This document shows, piece after piece, positions 9,097 through 16,893 of a stretch of 25,852 bases of DNA. Both the position numbers and the translations under genes were made by a program. The notes below the pieces were generated by a model, which searched no databases, had not been told where the DNA came from, and saw only the letters and a list, made by a program, of their open reading frames with translations. Position 1 is the stretch's first letter. Every line of letters begins with the position of its first letter. The stretch is from an archaeon (lineage in GTDB: Archaea > Iainarchaeota > Iainarchaeia > Iainarchaeales > 1-14-0-10-31-34). The DNA is taken from NCBI GenBank assembly GCA_043815885.1, contig JBDRIL010000034.1, positions 1 to 25,852 on the forward strand, given 5' to 3'.

Positions 9097-10089
9097 TTAA
9101 TTCCAGAATATATCTATAAGATACTCAATTACATACACTTCCAGGTATGCTGCAATCAATAACAGAATCAATGAAATTATCAATAAAATCAGTGACTGCG
9201 TTACCAATTGCGAGAATCTTTCACTCACCAGACTTTCCTTTGCAATTCCTTGTGCTGTAATTCCTCCGCTTATTGCTCCAGTGAAGTAAGTCATTGCCTC
9301 TATTAAAGTGTGAGGGATTACAACAACCATTATTAATCCAAAGAAAGTAAGGATATCTTTTCCATAAATTGGAGCAAACGTTATTGCCTGCACAGCAAAA
9401 GCCACTCCCCATACAGATGCATTCCATGTAATAATGAATATTGCTCCAAACCCGTAAATCAATGAAATAATGAATGCTACAACCAGCACCCATAAATTAT
9501 TCTGGACTATCCCAATGAAACTGCATTCCTTTGAATCACAATCCCTTATTGCATCTCCTGCTGCATTCCCTGTTATATTGTCTGTTGCCCTCCCCCCAAA
9601 CACGCTCACCTGTTCCCCGAATAAATTCTTTGTCGTAAGCAATTCCTTTTCCCCGAACTCGTTAGTGTAATAAAAATCAATTACTCCTGAATAATTGTTT
9701 TCCGGATAGGGAAGGACTAAAACCAGTAAAGCAAACACCATGAATACCCCGAAAAAAGAAAGAGTGTACACCAGGATTAAGTGCTTGTGGTCAGTCCATA
9801 ACTGCCTTAAAGAAAATTTATGCCCTGTAACCTTTAATTCCGTTAACTTCAATCCCCTTTCCTTTACTTCCTTTTCCCTTCCCTCCCTCATTGCAAGCTG
9901 CTGTATTAAACTATTAATTGGAGGCATCATTGCCATTGAAGTAAAAAAAACCGCTACAATCCCCACATTCTTTGGAAACAAAATAAATCCTATCACTATC
10001 CCTATCACTGCATAAATAGCTCCCATCAGAAAAGCATTCCTTGCCTTCGCCTGAATATTCAATTCCTTCAATATCCTGCTTAAAACCAT
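9097..10089 (-). CDS. Stage II sporulation protein M (SpoIIM/DUF95)-family multi-pass membrane protein
   Basis: Multiple TM helices; motifs FIGIVQNN, FIITWNASVWG, IPHTLIEAMTYF..AISGG, IAAYLEV typical of the family. Confidence 0.8.
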   Translation of the reverse strand: MVLSRILKELNIQAKARNAFLMGAIYAVIGIVIGFILFPKNVGIVAVFFTSMAMMPPINSLIQQLAMREGREKEVKERGLKLTELKVTGHKFSLRQLWTDHKHLILVYTLSFFGVFMVFALLVLVLPYPENNYSGVIDFYYTNEFGEKELLTTKNLFGEQVSVFGGRATDNITGNAAGDAIRDCDSKECSFIGIVQNNLWVLVVAFIISLIYGFGAIFIITWNASVWGVAFAVQAITFAPIYGKDILTFFGLIMVVVIPHTLIEAMTYFTGAISGGITAQGIAKESLVSERFSQLVTQSLILLIISLILLLIAAYLEVYVIEYLIDIFWN

Positions 10090-10113
10090 TCCAATAAAAA
10101 TAGACGAAAGATG

Positions 10114-10128
10114 TATTTAATGCTTTTC
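10114..10128 (-). promoter_or_regulatory. Putative BRE/TATA promoter of the SpoIIM-family gene (leaderless)
   Basis: Minus strand GAAAAGC-ATTAAATA about 24 nt before ATG 10089. Confidence 0.5.
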
Positions 10129-10153
10129 ATTCAGAATTAGATTACATTTGAAT

Positions 10154-10396
10154 TTAAGCAAATCTTACTTTGCCATCTCTCGTAACTTTAAATCGGCGTC
10201 CTTCAAAACGGAATGGTTTTCCAATCACTATAATCCTCTGGTTTTGTGCAACATGTACTCCTGCTCTCCCAAGCAAGTTCAGTCTCGCTTCTTTGACCGC
10301 TTTTGCTTTAAGTAGTGCTTGTCTTCTATCAGCTACTTGTTTTAATTTTCTTCTTACTGCGACTTCATTTTTTGGAGGTATTCTTCCTGAAGGCAT
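10154..10396 (-). CDS. Small, very basic hypothetical protein (80 aa)
   Basis: ATG preceded by AGGAG; fills the gap 15 nt downstream of the FKBP gene on the same strand; Arg/Lys-rich. Confidence 0.65.
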   Translation of the reverse strand: MPSGRIPPKNEVAVRRKLKQVADRRQALLKAKAVKEARLNLLGRAGVHVAQNQRIIVIGKPFRFEGRRFKVTRDGKVRFA

Positions 10397-10411
10397 TTTC
10401 TTTTCTCCTAA

Positions 10412-11113
10412 TTATTTTTCTTCTTCCTGGCTTTTATTTTTTTCGGTTTCTTTGCTGAATTCATCAATAAACCTTATTTTTTTCACTCCTTCCACGAAAT
10501 CCAGTACGTTTTTTGCCAGGAGCGGTTTAACCTGGCTTACTGCCAAGGAATTTTTTCCTGGAATGATTATCTCTACCTCTTCTCCTTTAAACTCAATCTT
10601 CTTGTCATCCATTACTGGAAAATATTTTTCTACTAATGCTTCCACTTTTTCCTCTTTCTTTGAAAGAATTTTTTCCACTTTCACTTTATACTCAATCTTC
10701 TTTCCTGCCAGTTCATGATTAAAGTCAACTCTCACTCTCCCTCCGGAAACACTCTGTACCTTGCCTCTTAATTCATTCATTTCCACTGGCATTCCTGGAA
10801 ATGGATTCATGTTCCTTTTCTGAAACTCCATCAATGGAACTACTCTGATTAATTCGCTCTTTCTCTCTCCAAAAGCCTTTTCCGGAGTCAACTCAATTAC
10901 TTTTTCTTCTTTTTCCCTTAATTCCTGTACTTTTTCTTCCAGTGCTGGAAGCAGTTCCTTGTTTCCAATAATCACTGGAAGTGCCCTATACCTTATTCTT
11001 TCCTCATAAATTTCTTCCTTCTTTGCAGTTTCTTCGTCTGTTGTGTCAAATACCTTTCCTGAAGCCAAATCCTTTCCAGTGTAATTTATTACTATAATGT
11101 CTCCTTTATTCAT
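10412..11113 (-). CDS. Long-type archaeal FKBP peptidyl-prolyl cis-trans isomerase (SlyD-like)
   Basis: GDIIVINYTGK...VFDTT, PEKAFGER, IF domain GKVQSVSGGRVRVDFNHELAGK, C-terminal extension; SD AGGTGA. Confidence 0.93.
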   Translation of the reverse strand: MNKGDIIVINYTGKDLASGKVFDTTDEETAKKEEIYEERIRYRALPVIIGNKELLPALEEKVQELREKEEKVIELTPEKAFGERKSELIRVVPLMEFQKRNMNPFPGMPVEMNELRGKVQSVSGGRVRVDFNHELAGKKIEYKVKVEKILSKKEEKVEALVEKYFPVMDDKKIEFKGEEVEIIIPGKNSLAVSQVKPLLAKNVLDFVEGVKKIRFIDEFSKETEKNKSQEEEK

Positions 11114-11209
11114 TTCAGCCTTTCACCTTTCCTTTTGCATTCAATTTAATAAGTTTTTCAATAAAAACAATTATAATTCAATACATCCGTATTAAACTGA
11201 GGTTTTGCA

Positions 11210-12559
11210 ATGAATTCAAATCAATTAATGTCGATCTTCATTATTGTGGTAATGGTTGGCTCCATCCTTGGGTTTGCAGTTCTTTACACCGGCAGCAGGG
11301 ATGAAAGCCCATCCCCTACAAATGAACCCTCTCCTTTTGATGAGGGAACCATTCTTGACATGCAGTCAGGCGCAGTAAACGGAAAAGTAATTGAATTACT
11401 TCCAAAAATACTTTTTTCTGCCGGAACAAATGAAGCAGACATTGGCGAAATTGATGCCTTGCTTTACTCTATTGAAGGAATTTACAGGATTGACAGCAGA
11501 TACAGGCAGAACACTGAGCCAAGCATCAGCGGGGCATTGATTTATATTGCAGAGATTTCCTTTGATGATTCATCTATCAGCGCGGAAGAATTAATGGATG
11601 CAATAAAGGAAAATGCAGAGGAGGTTCTTTTCGGGCAAGAAGCATACAAGATAGTCCTTGTAAGCATTCCAAAGGAAATTGAATTCACTGAACCTGACTT
11701 GAACCTAACCAGAACACATGTATTTGATGAACCATTAACTCAAGCATATGTTACTATTGATTCCCTGAAGGGAGATGAAATAGAAATAATTATCCGCGCT
11801 TCCTTTTCAGGAAAGGCGTTGGTCAGTTCTATTGCCTATCTTAATGAAAACATTACTGCCTCTCCTGGATATATTTTACTGGAAAAAGAAGTATTAATTG
11901 ATTCACTGAAAGAAGAATTATTCTTTTCTGTTGAAATGAATTACTCCTCTTTTTTAGAAGAAGATGAATTGAAAGAAAGAATCCTTTCACTTGAAGGAAT
12001 AAATGAAGTAGAATTAAACACTCTTCTTCCAAAGGAATTTATAACTATTGAAGTAGCTGATGTTAATGCTTCTGATTTCACTCAGGACCTAAACACTTTC
12101 TTGACTGATTACAATGGAATACAGTTCTTTTCTTTCGAAGAAAATGAATCATTTGAAGTATTTGTTTCCTTTGAAGAAGTATTTGATTTAACTTCCTTCA
12201 AAACCCAGTTCTCTGAACAATTAAATTCTTTTGAATTGCAGGAATTTTCTTTCACTGAATCAAAGGGAAATGCCACAGGAGACATTAAATTCTCTGGAGA
12301 AGTTCTAACAGCAACTGATTCACTTGAATCCTTATTCAATTCCCTTTCCTTTGATGAAGCAATGATTTTCCAGAAAGCTTCAGCTACTGCTTCCTCTCTC
12401 ACTGACCCTGAAACAGAAAAAGAATTTTTGGTGGAAGAAGGCTCTTTTGAATTATTCCTTCTCCCAGGGCATTCAGTTGGAGAAACAGTCTCAATGGAAA
12501 TCAGGTTTACTGGCATCAGAGACAAGGCAACTGCAATTGAAGCAGTTGAGATACAATAA
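11210..12559 (+). CDS. Acidic membrane-anchored hypothetical protein (449 aa) with apparent internal duplication
   Basis: N-terminal signal-anchor LMSIFIIVVMVGSILGFAVLY, Pro/Ser linker, Glu-rich remainder. Confidence 0.85.
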   Translation: MNSNQLMSIFIIVVMVGSILGFAVLYTGSRDESPSPTNEPSPFDEGTILDMQSGAVNGKVIELLPKILFSAGTNEADIGEIDALLYSIEGIYRIDSRYRQNTEPSISGALIYIAEISFDDSSISAEELMDAIKENAEEVLFGQEAYKIVLVSIPKEIEFTEPDLNLTRTHVFDEPLTQAYVTIDSLKGDEIEIIIRASFSGKALVSSIAYLNENITASPGYILLEKEVLIDSLKEELFFSVEMNYSSFLEEDELKERILSLEGINEVELNTLLPKEFITIEVADVNASDFTQDLNTFLTDYNGIQFFSFEENESFEVFVSFEEVFDLTSFKTQFSEQLNSFELQEFSFTESKGNATGDIKFSGEVLTATDSLESLFNSLSFDEAMIFQKASATASSLTDPETEKEFLVEEGSFELFLLPGHSVGETVSMEIRFTGIRDKATAIEAVEIQ

Positions 12560-12636
12560 AAAAATCGCTTTTTTTCTTTTCTTCCATTAAATTTATTAAT
12601 TAGAATAATCATTTATTTCCTTGGAGGTGTTATTTA

Positions 12637-12747
12637 ATGAGCCCAGAATTTACGATTCTATTAATCAGCAACACGATTTCAATTACTTTAACCATCCTGC
12701 TGTTGTTCAGGATAACAAAGATCCACAAGTACAGGATAAAGGGATGA
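12637..12747 (+). CDS. Putative 36-aa single-pass membrane microprotein MSPEFTILLISNTISITLTILLLFRITKIHKYRIKG (not in ORF track)
   Basis: SD GGAGGTG at 12623-12629, 7 nt before ATG; TATA-like TTTATTAA at 12592-12599; ~20-aa hydrophobic stretch then basic tail; stop ends 3 nt from the convergent NAC stop. Confidence 0.7.
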   Translation: MSPEFTILLISNTISITLTILLLFRITKIHKYRIKG

Positions 12748-12750
12748 ATT

Positions 12751-13104
12751 TTATTTTTTTAATTCCTTTTCTTGTTTTAATTTGATTATTGCTTCAGCTA
12801 TGTCTCCGTTTAATTCAGTTAATACTTCTTCTGCTCTTTCCCTGTCACACTTTCCCTGTTCCATTACCATTCCAATGTCTTCCTCCGGAAAACCCTGTTC
12901 TTCTTCTTTTTCGTCTCCCATTACAGTGTAAGTCTTTTTTCCCTGCATAATCATTGCAGTAACACTCGGATTCTCTATCACCAGTTCCTTTCCCTCTAAC
13001 TCAATTATCACTTTTTTTGCCGGAATCTCTTCAGTCTTTATCCCAAACTGCTTCATCAGCTTCTGCATTTGCTGCGGATTCATTTTCCCCATTCCAGGAA
13101 ACAA
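12751..13104 (-). CDS. nac: Nascent polypeptide-associated complex protein (archaeal NAC)
   Basis: MFPGMGKMNPQQMQKLMKQFGI, NAC barrel (VIIELEGKELVIENPSVT), C-terminal UBA (EEDIGMVMEQ...AEEVL..LNGDIAEAII); TTG start with SD AGGTGA. Confidence 0.95.
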   Translation of the reverse strand: MFPGMGKMNPQQMQKLMKQFGIKTEEIPAKKVIIELEGKELVIENPSVTAMIMQGKKTYTVMGDEKEEEQGFPEEDIGMVMEQGKCDRERAEEVLTELNGDIAEAIIKLKQEKELKK

Positions 13105-13191
13105 TTCAAATCACCTTTTAATTCATTGATTGGAAAGCCTTTTTAATTCCTTCCAATAACTTTATTAATTTCTCTTTACTTATTCTTTTTT

Positions 13192-13851
13192 ATGTCTAAG
13201 GGAATTATTTCTTCTTTCACCCAATTCGAGAAGGCGGTTGAAGGAAAAGTAGAATTAGAGAAGAATCCTGAAAGAAGCGAGGCATTGAAGAGATATTTTT
13301 CTTCCGGGAATTTTGTCAGGCTTTTTCCTTCAGAGAATTCCTGGCCTAAAATCACTTATCCAAGCAAATTCAAGATTGAGGCAGAATTAAAGGAATTAAG
13401 AAAGGAAAAGGAACTCTTTTCAAGAAAGCACGGCGACTGGAAGCAGAAATACCTTCAGGCAGTAACCTATGACTTAACGAATAAAGCCAAGAAATTCAAG
13501 AACAAAGTGTATTGGACTCATGTAATAAAATTAATGAAGGACAAGGAATACCGGGAAGAAACAAAGAAGGTTAATCTTCCAACTCATTTGGTTGCTGACC
13601 CTAAATGGGAGCCAATGATCAGAATGTTTGTAACTGATTCTGATTACAGAAAGCAGTTAATTGAAACACTGGACCATTCCATTGTCTACAAGAAAGACAG
13701 GGAGCTGGCCAAATATGCTACATTCCTCCAGGAATTCAGGAGAGAAGTATCAGAAAAAAAAATGACTGAAATAAAATCCAGGATAGACAGAATAAATTCA
13801 GACATTAAAATGTATACTGTTTTGCTTAAATGGAATGAAAGATTAATCTAA
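13192..13851 (+). CDS. Hypothetical basic, helical cytoplasmic protein (219 aa)
   Basis: Clean ORF divergent from nac; TATA-like TTTATTAA at 13161-13168 about 23 nt before ATG; no family recognised. Confidence 0.85.
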   Translation: MSKGIISSFTQFEKAVEGKVELEKNPERSEALKRYFSSGNFVRLFPSENSWPKITYPSKFKIEAELKELRKEKELFSRKHGDWKQKYLQAVTYDLTNKAKKFKNKVYWTHVIKLMKDKEYREETKKVNLPTHLVADPKWEPMIRMFVTDSDYRKQLIETLDHSIVYKKDRELAKYATFLQEFRREVSEKKMTEIKSRIDRINSDIKMYTVLLKWNERLI

Positions 13852-13871
13852 ATTTGGAGAGTGAATTTATT

Positions 13872-14120
13872 ATGAAAAAAAATAAAGTCCTATGGATTTT
13901 TTCTTTTATTGTATTGATTTGTGGCTTGTTTGTCATATGGCAACTGACAAAAACAAAGGGAATCGGCGATTTATGTATTACTAGTGAAGATTGTGAAAAC
14001 ATACAGTGCCCCCCAACTGAACGATACCTTATGAGTTATCACTCTGCTCAATATTCTACTGAACAATTCCCTGTTTGCGATTATGTTTGCAAATGTGTCC
14101 CTGGGGGAACCTACTATTAG
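13872..14120 (+). CDS. Small membrane-anchored or secreted six-cysteine protein (82 aa)
   Basis: ATG 13872 gives MKKNK plus a hydrophobic helix; C-x5-C-x4-C-x22-C-x3-C-x-C domain; GGAGAGTGA upstream. Confidence 0.75.
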   Translation: MKKNKVLWIFSFIVLICGLFVIWQLTKTKGIGDLCITSEDCENIQCPPTERYLMSYHSAQYSTEQFPVCDYVCKCVPGGTYY

Positions 14121-14131
14121 TAATTTAACCA

Positions 14132-14168
14132 TTTTGCGGCAGTTCAGGGGAAATGAACTCTCCCAAAA
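14132..14168. other. Intergenic hairpin (13 of 15 positions pair, one G-U)
   Basis: TTTTGCGGCAGTTCA-GGGGAAA-TGAACTCTCCCAAAA with two C-C mismatches. Confidence 0.45.
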
Positions 14169-14216
14169 GAATTGATAATTCATTTCTTTGCTATTTCTTT
14201 TAGGGGGGTGATAAAA

Positions 14217-14447
14217 ATGAGTGCTCCAATAAAGAAGTTTTCAACTGGTTCAGTGATTGTATCTGTGTGGGAAAATTCTTCCAATAAAACTGGGGACGAA
14301 AGAAATTTTTACACTGTAAGCATTGACAGGAGATATAAGGACAATAACGATGAATGGAAGTCAACCAATTCCTTTAATGTGAATGACGTGCCTAAGGCAA
14401 TCCTTGCATTGCAGGAAGCCTTCAGATACCTTGCATTGAAGGAATGA
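14217..14447 (+). CDS. Small putative ssDNA-binding protein (PC4/SpoVG-like beta-beta-beta-alpha architecture), 76 aa
   Basis: ATG 14217 with SD GGGGGTGA. Pattern PIKKF..G.V.VSVWEN...FYTVSIDRRYKD..EWKSTNSF...DVPKAILALQEAF: aromatic/basic strands then an amphipathic helix. The fold assignment is inference. Confidence 0.7.
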   Translation: MSAPIKKFSTGSVIVSVWENSSNKTGDERNFYTVSIDRRYKDNNDEWKSTNSFNVNDVPKAILALQEAFRYLALKE

Positions 14448-14495
14448 ACAGCTTTAATTTTTTTCTATTCAATTTTTAATTTAGGGGAAGTCCGT

Positions 14496-16661
14496 GTGAA
14501 TTTTAATGCAGTAAAAAAGGTAAAGGAATTAAATAAAATTGAATTCAATCCAATGCAGAAAGCCGCATTAAAGAAAGATTTGCTTAATTCTAACTTTGTT
14601 GTTTCCGCTCCAACTGCTTCAGGGAAAACCCTTCTGGCAGAAATTGCTTCCCTTAACTCAGTCATAAATAAAAGAAAGAAAGTCCTGTTCATGTGCCCTT
14701 TGAAGGCGCTTACATCAGAGCATTATTCTTCTTTCAAAAAAAAATATTCCGAAAAACTTAATGTAAAGCTGACTATTTCTACCGGAGACTTTGATTCAAG
14801 TTCCCACTACTTAAACAATTACGATATAATTTTTTCCACTTACGAAAAAGTTGATTCCCTTTTAAGGCATAAAGCGGAATGGCTGAAGGAAATTGGCTTG
14901 CTTGTAGTTGATGAAGTCCATGAAATTGATTCAGAGAGAGGCCCTACAGTTGAAATGGTTATAACTAAACTCCGTTCTCTTAATCCAAGACTCCAGATAA
15001 TGGCTTTAAGCGCTACAATCCCCAATGCTTCTGAACTAAGCAAATGGCTTAAAGCAGAATTAATTGAATCTAATTTCCGTCCAATAAAATTAAAGGAAGG
15101 AGTCTTTCTTGAAAATGAAATAAAATACTTGAAAGGAAAAGAAAAAATAAAGGAAGAAGCCGATGAATTAACTTCTCTGGCAAAGGATACGCTTGAAAAG
15201 CAGAAACAGGCATTAATTTTCTGCAATACCCGCCCCAGAAGCATTGCAGTTGCAAAGAAACTCTCCAGCTTTACGGAAAAAACCCTTTCACTGAAAGAAA
15301 AATCCTTTCTCTCAAATAAAGCAGATTCAATTCTTTCAGTTTTAGAAACTCCTACAGAACAATGCAGAATCCTTTCCTCTCTTGTAAAAAAAGGAATTGC
15401 CTTTCATAATGCTGCATTAATGTACAGGCAGAGAGCAATAGTGGAGGATTTATTCAGGGAAGGAAAACTAAAAATACTGAGTGCTACGCCAACACTTTCG
15501 GCCGGCATAAATTTACCCGCATTCAGGGTAATCATTCCTTCCATTTACAGGTATGGAATGTTTGGCCAGCAAAAAATCCCAGTAAGGGAATACCGTCAGA
15601 TGGCTGGTCGTGCAGGAAGGCCTGACTTTAATGATGCTTTTGGTGAATCAATTCTTATTGCAAAAAACGAGTTCGAGGCAGACGAATTAAAGGAAGAATT
15701 TATTTTAGGAGAGATAGAAGAGGTTTCCTCCAAGCTCGGAATTGAACCAGTCCTTAGAACGCATTTGCTTGCAGCAATTGCCTCTGGATTTGTATTTGAC
15801 TTGGAGTCACTGGAACAATTCTTTTCCAAGACATTTTATGCATTTCAATTCAAGGACACTAAAGAATTATTCCTTAAAATAAATGAAATACTGAAGGAAT
15901 TAGAGGAAATGGAATTCATTTCCTCGAATGAAAGATTCTTTAAGGCAACTCCTTTGGGTAATAGGGTAAGCGAACTCTATCTTGACCCGCATTCTGCCTT
16001 CTCTATTATTAATGCATTAAAGAATGAATCATTAAATGAATTAGGCTTGCTCTTCCTTATTTCCTCTACCTATGAATTCTTTCCTCTTCTCTCTGTCCCT
16101 AAATCAAAGGAAGCAGAATTATGGGAATCACTCCAGGCTGATTCAGAGCAACTTCCGATTGACTTAGAAAAAGAAATGTTTCTGGATCCCCTTCTTTTAA
16201 GAAAATTCAATTCAGCCTTAATGCTGAAGGAATGGATTAATGAATCCAGCGAGGACTCAATCAGAAAAAACTACGGCGTACAACCAGGAATACTTTACTC
16301 TAAATTATTAATCTGTGATTGGCTTACTTACTGCTGTTCAGAACTGGCAAAATTGACCGGAAAAGCCTCACTTCTTCCATTCATCCTCAAAATGAAGAAA
16401 AGAATTAAGCCAGGAATAAAGGAAGAATTAATTCTCTTAACAGAATTAAGAGGCATTGGAAGAGTTCGTGCCAGAAAACTATTCAATTCCAACATCAAAA
16501 CAATTAATGATTTAAAGAAGGTTTCACTTGATTCCCTTGTAAGAGTTATTGGCTCGGAAACAGCAGTAAAAGTAAAAAAACAGTTAGGAGAAAAAATCCA
16601 AGGGAAAATATTAAGTGAAAAAGAAAAACATCTTCTCCAAAAAGACTTAACTGATTTCTAA
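14496..16661 (+). CDS. hel308: Hel308/Hjm Ski2-like SF2 DNA helicase
   Basis: Q motif NPMQ, Walker A APTASGKT, PLKAL, DEVH, LSAT, ATPTLSAGINLPA, QMAGRAGRP, ATPLG, C-terminal HhH LRGIGRVRARKL; GTG start. Confidence 0.95.
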   Translation: MNFNAVKKVKELNKIEFNPMQKAALKKDLLNSNFVVSAPTASGKTLLAEIASLNSVINKRKKVLFMCPLKALTSEHYSSFKKKYSEKLNVKLTISTGDFDSSSHYLNNYDIIFSTYEKVDSLLRHKAEWLKEIGLLVVDEVHEIDSERGPTVEMVITKLRSLNPRLQIMALSATIPNASELSKWLKAELIESNFRPIKLKEGVFLENEIKYLKGKEKIKEEADELTSLAKDTLEKQKQALIFCNTRPRSIAVAKKLSSFTEKTLSLKEKSFLSNKADSILSVLETPTEQCRILSSLVKKGIAFHNAALMYRQRAIVEDLFREGKLKILSATPTLSAGINLPAFRVIIPSIYRYGMFGQQKIPVREYRQMAGRAGRPDFNDAFGESILIAKNEFEADELKEEFILGEIEEVSSKLGIEPVLRTHLLAAIASGFVFDLESLEQFFSKTFYAFQFKDTKELFLKINEILKELEEMEFISSNERFFKATPLGNRVSELYLDPHSAFSIINALKNESLNELGLLFLISSTYEFFPLLSVPKSKEAELWESLQADSEQLPIDLEKEMFLDPLLLRKFNSALMLKEWINESSEDSIRKNYGVQPGILYSKLLICDWLTYCCSELAKLTGKASLLPFILKMKKRIKPGIKEELILLTELRGIGRVRARKLFNSNIKTINDLKKVSLDSLVRVIGSETAVKVKKQLGEKIQGKILSEKEKHLLQKDLTDF

Positions 16662-16799
16662 AGCAATTTTCCTACAATTTTTGTGACTCAATCAAACTTA
16701 TAAAAAAATATGTGTTTGGTTTATTCTGCGATTAATCCTTTCTATTGAAAAAATTACTGCAAAGGAATTCAAGAAAAAAGAGTTTACTCAAAAAAATCC

Positions 16800-16837
16800 A
16801 TCCAATTTTTGGATAATCCAAGCAAAAGCTTTATATA
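16800..16837 (+). promoter_or_regulatory. BRE/TATA promoter of the giant gene with an upstream palindrome
   Basis: ATCCAA-TTT-TTGGAT 16800-16814; CAAAAGC-TTTATATA 16823-16837. Confidence 0.5.
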
Positions 16838-16893
16838 GGTAGAAGCATTATTTTTATTGTTATCTATAATTAATTTTATTTGGATGATGCAGT

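Noticed and set aside
9097..10089. SpoIIM homolog as evidence of sporulation or of a MoxR/DUF58 operon
   Set aside because: The family is widespread in non-sporulating prokaryotes and no partner genes are present in the window.
10170..10718. 182-aa plus-strand ORF
   Set aside because: Overlaps the FKBP gene and the 80-aa gene on the opposite strand; Phe/Ser shadow composition.
12109..12612. 167-aa minus-strand ORF
   Set aside because: Antisense to the 449-aa gene; no independent coding signal.
14496..16661. Helicase as part of an anti-phage defence system or an intein host
   Set aside because: Length and motifs match ordinary housekeeping Hel308; no insertion and no defence neighbours.
16709..16748. 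Tiny ORF MCLVYSAINPFY upstream of the giant gene
   Set aside because: Only 12 codons, no SD; expected by chance.
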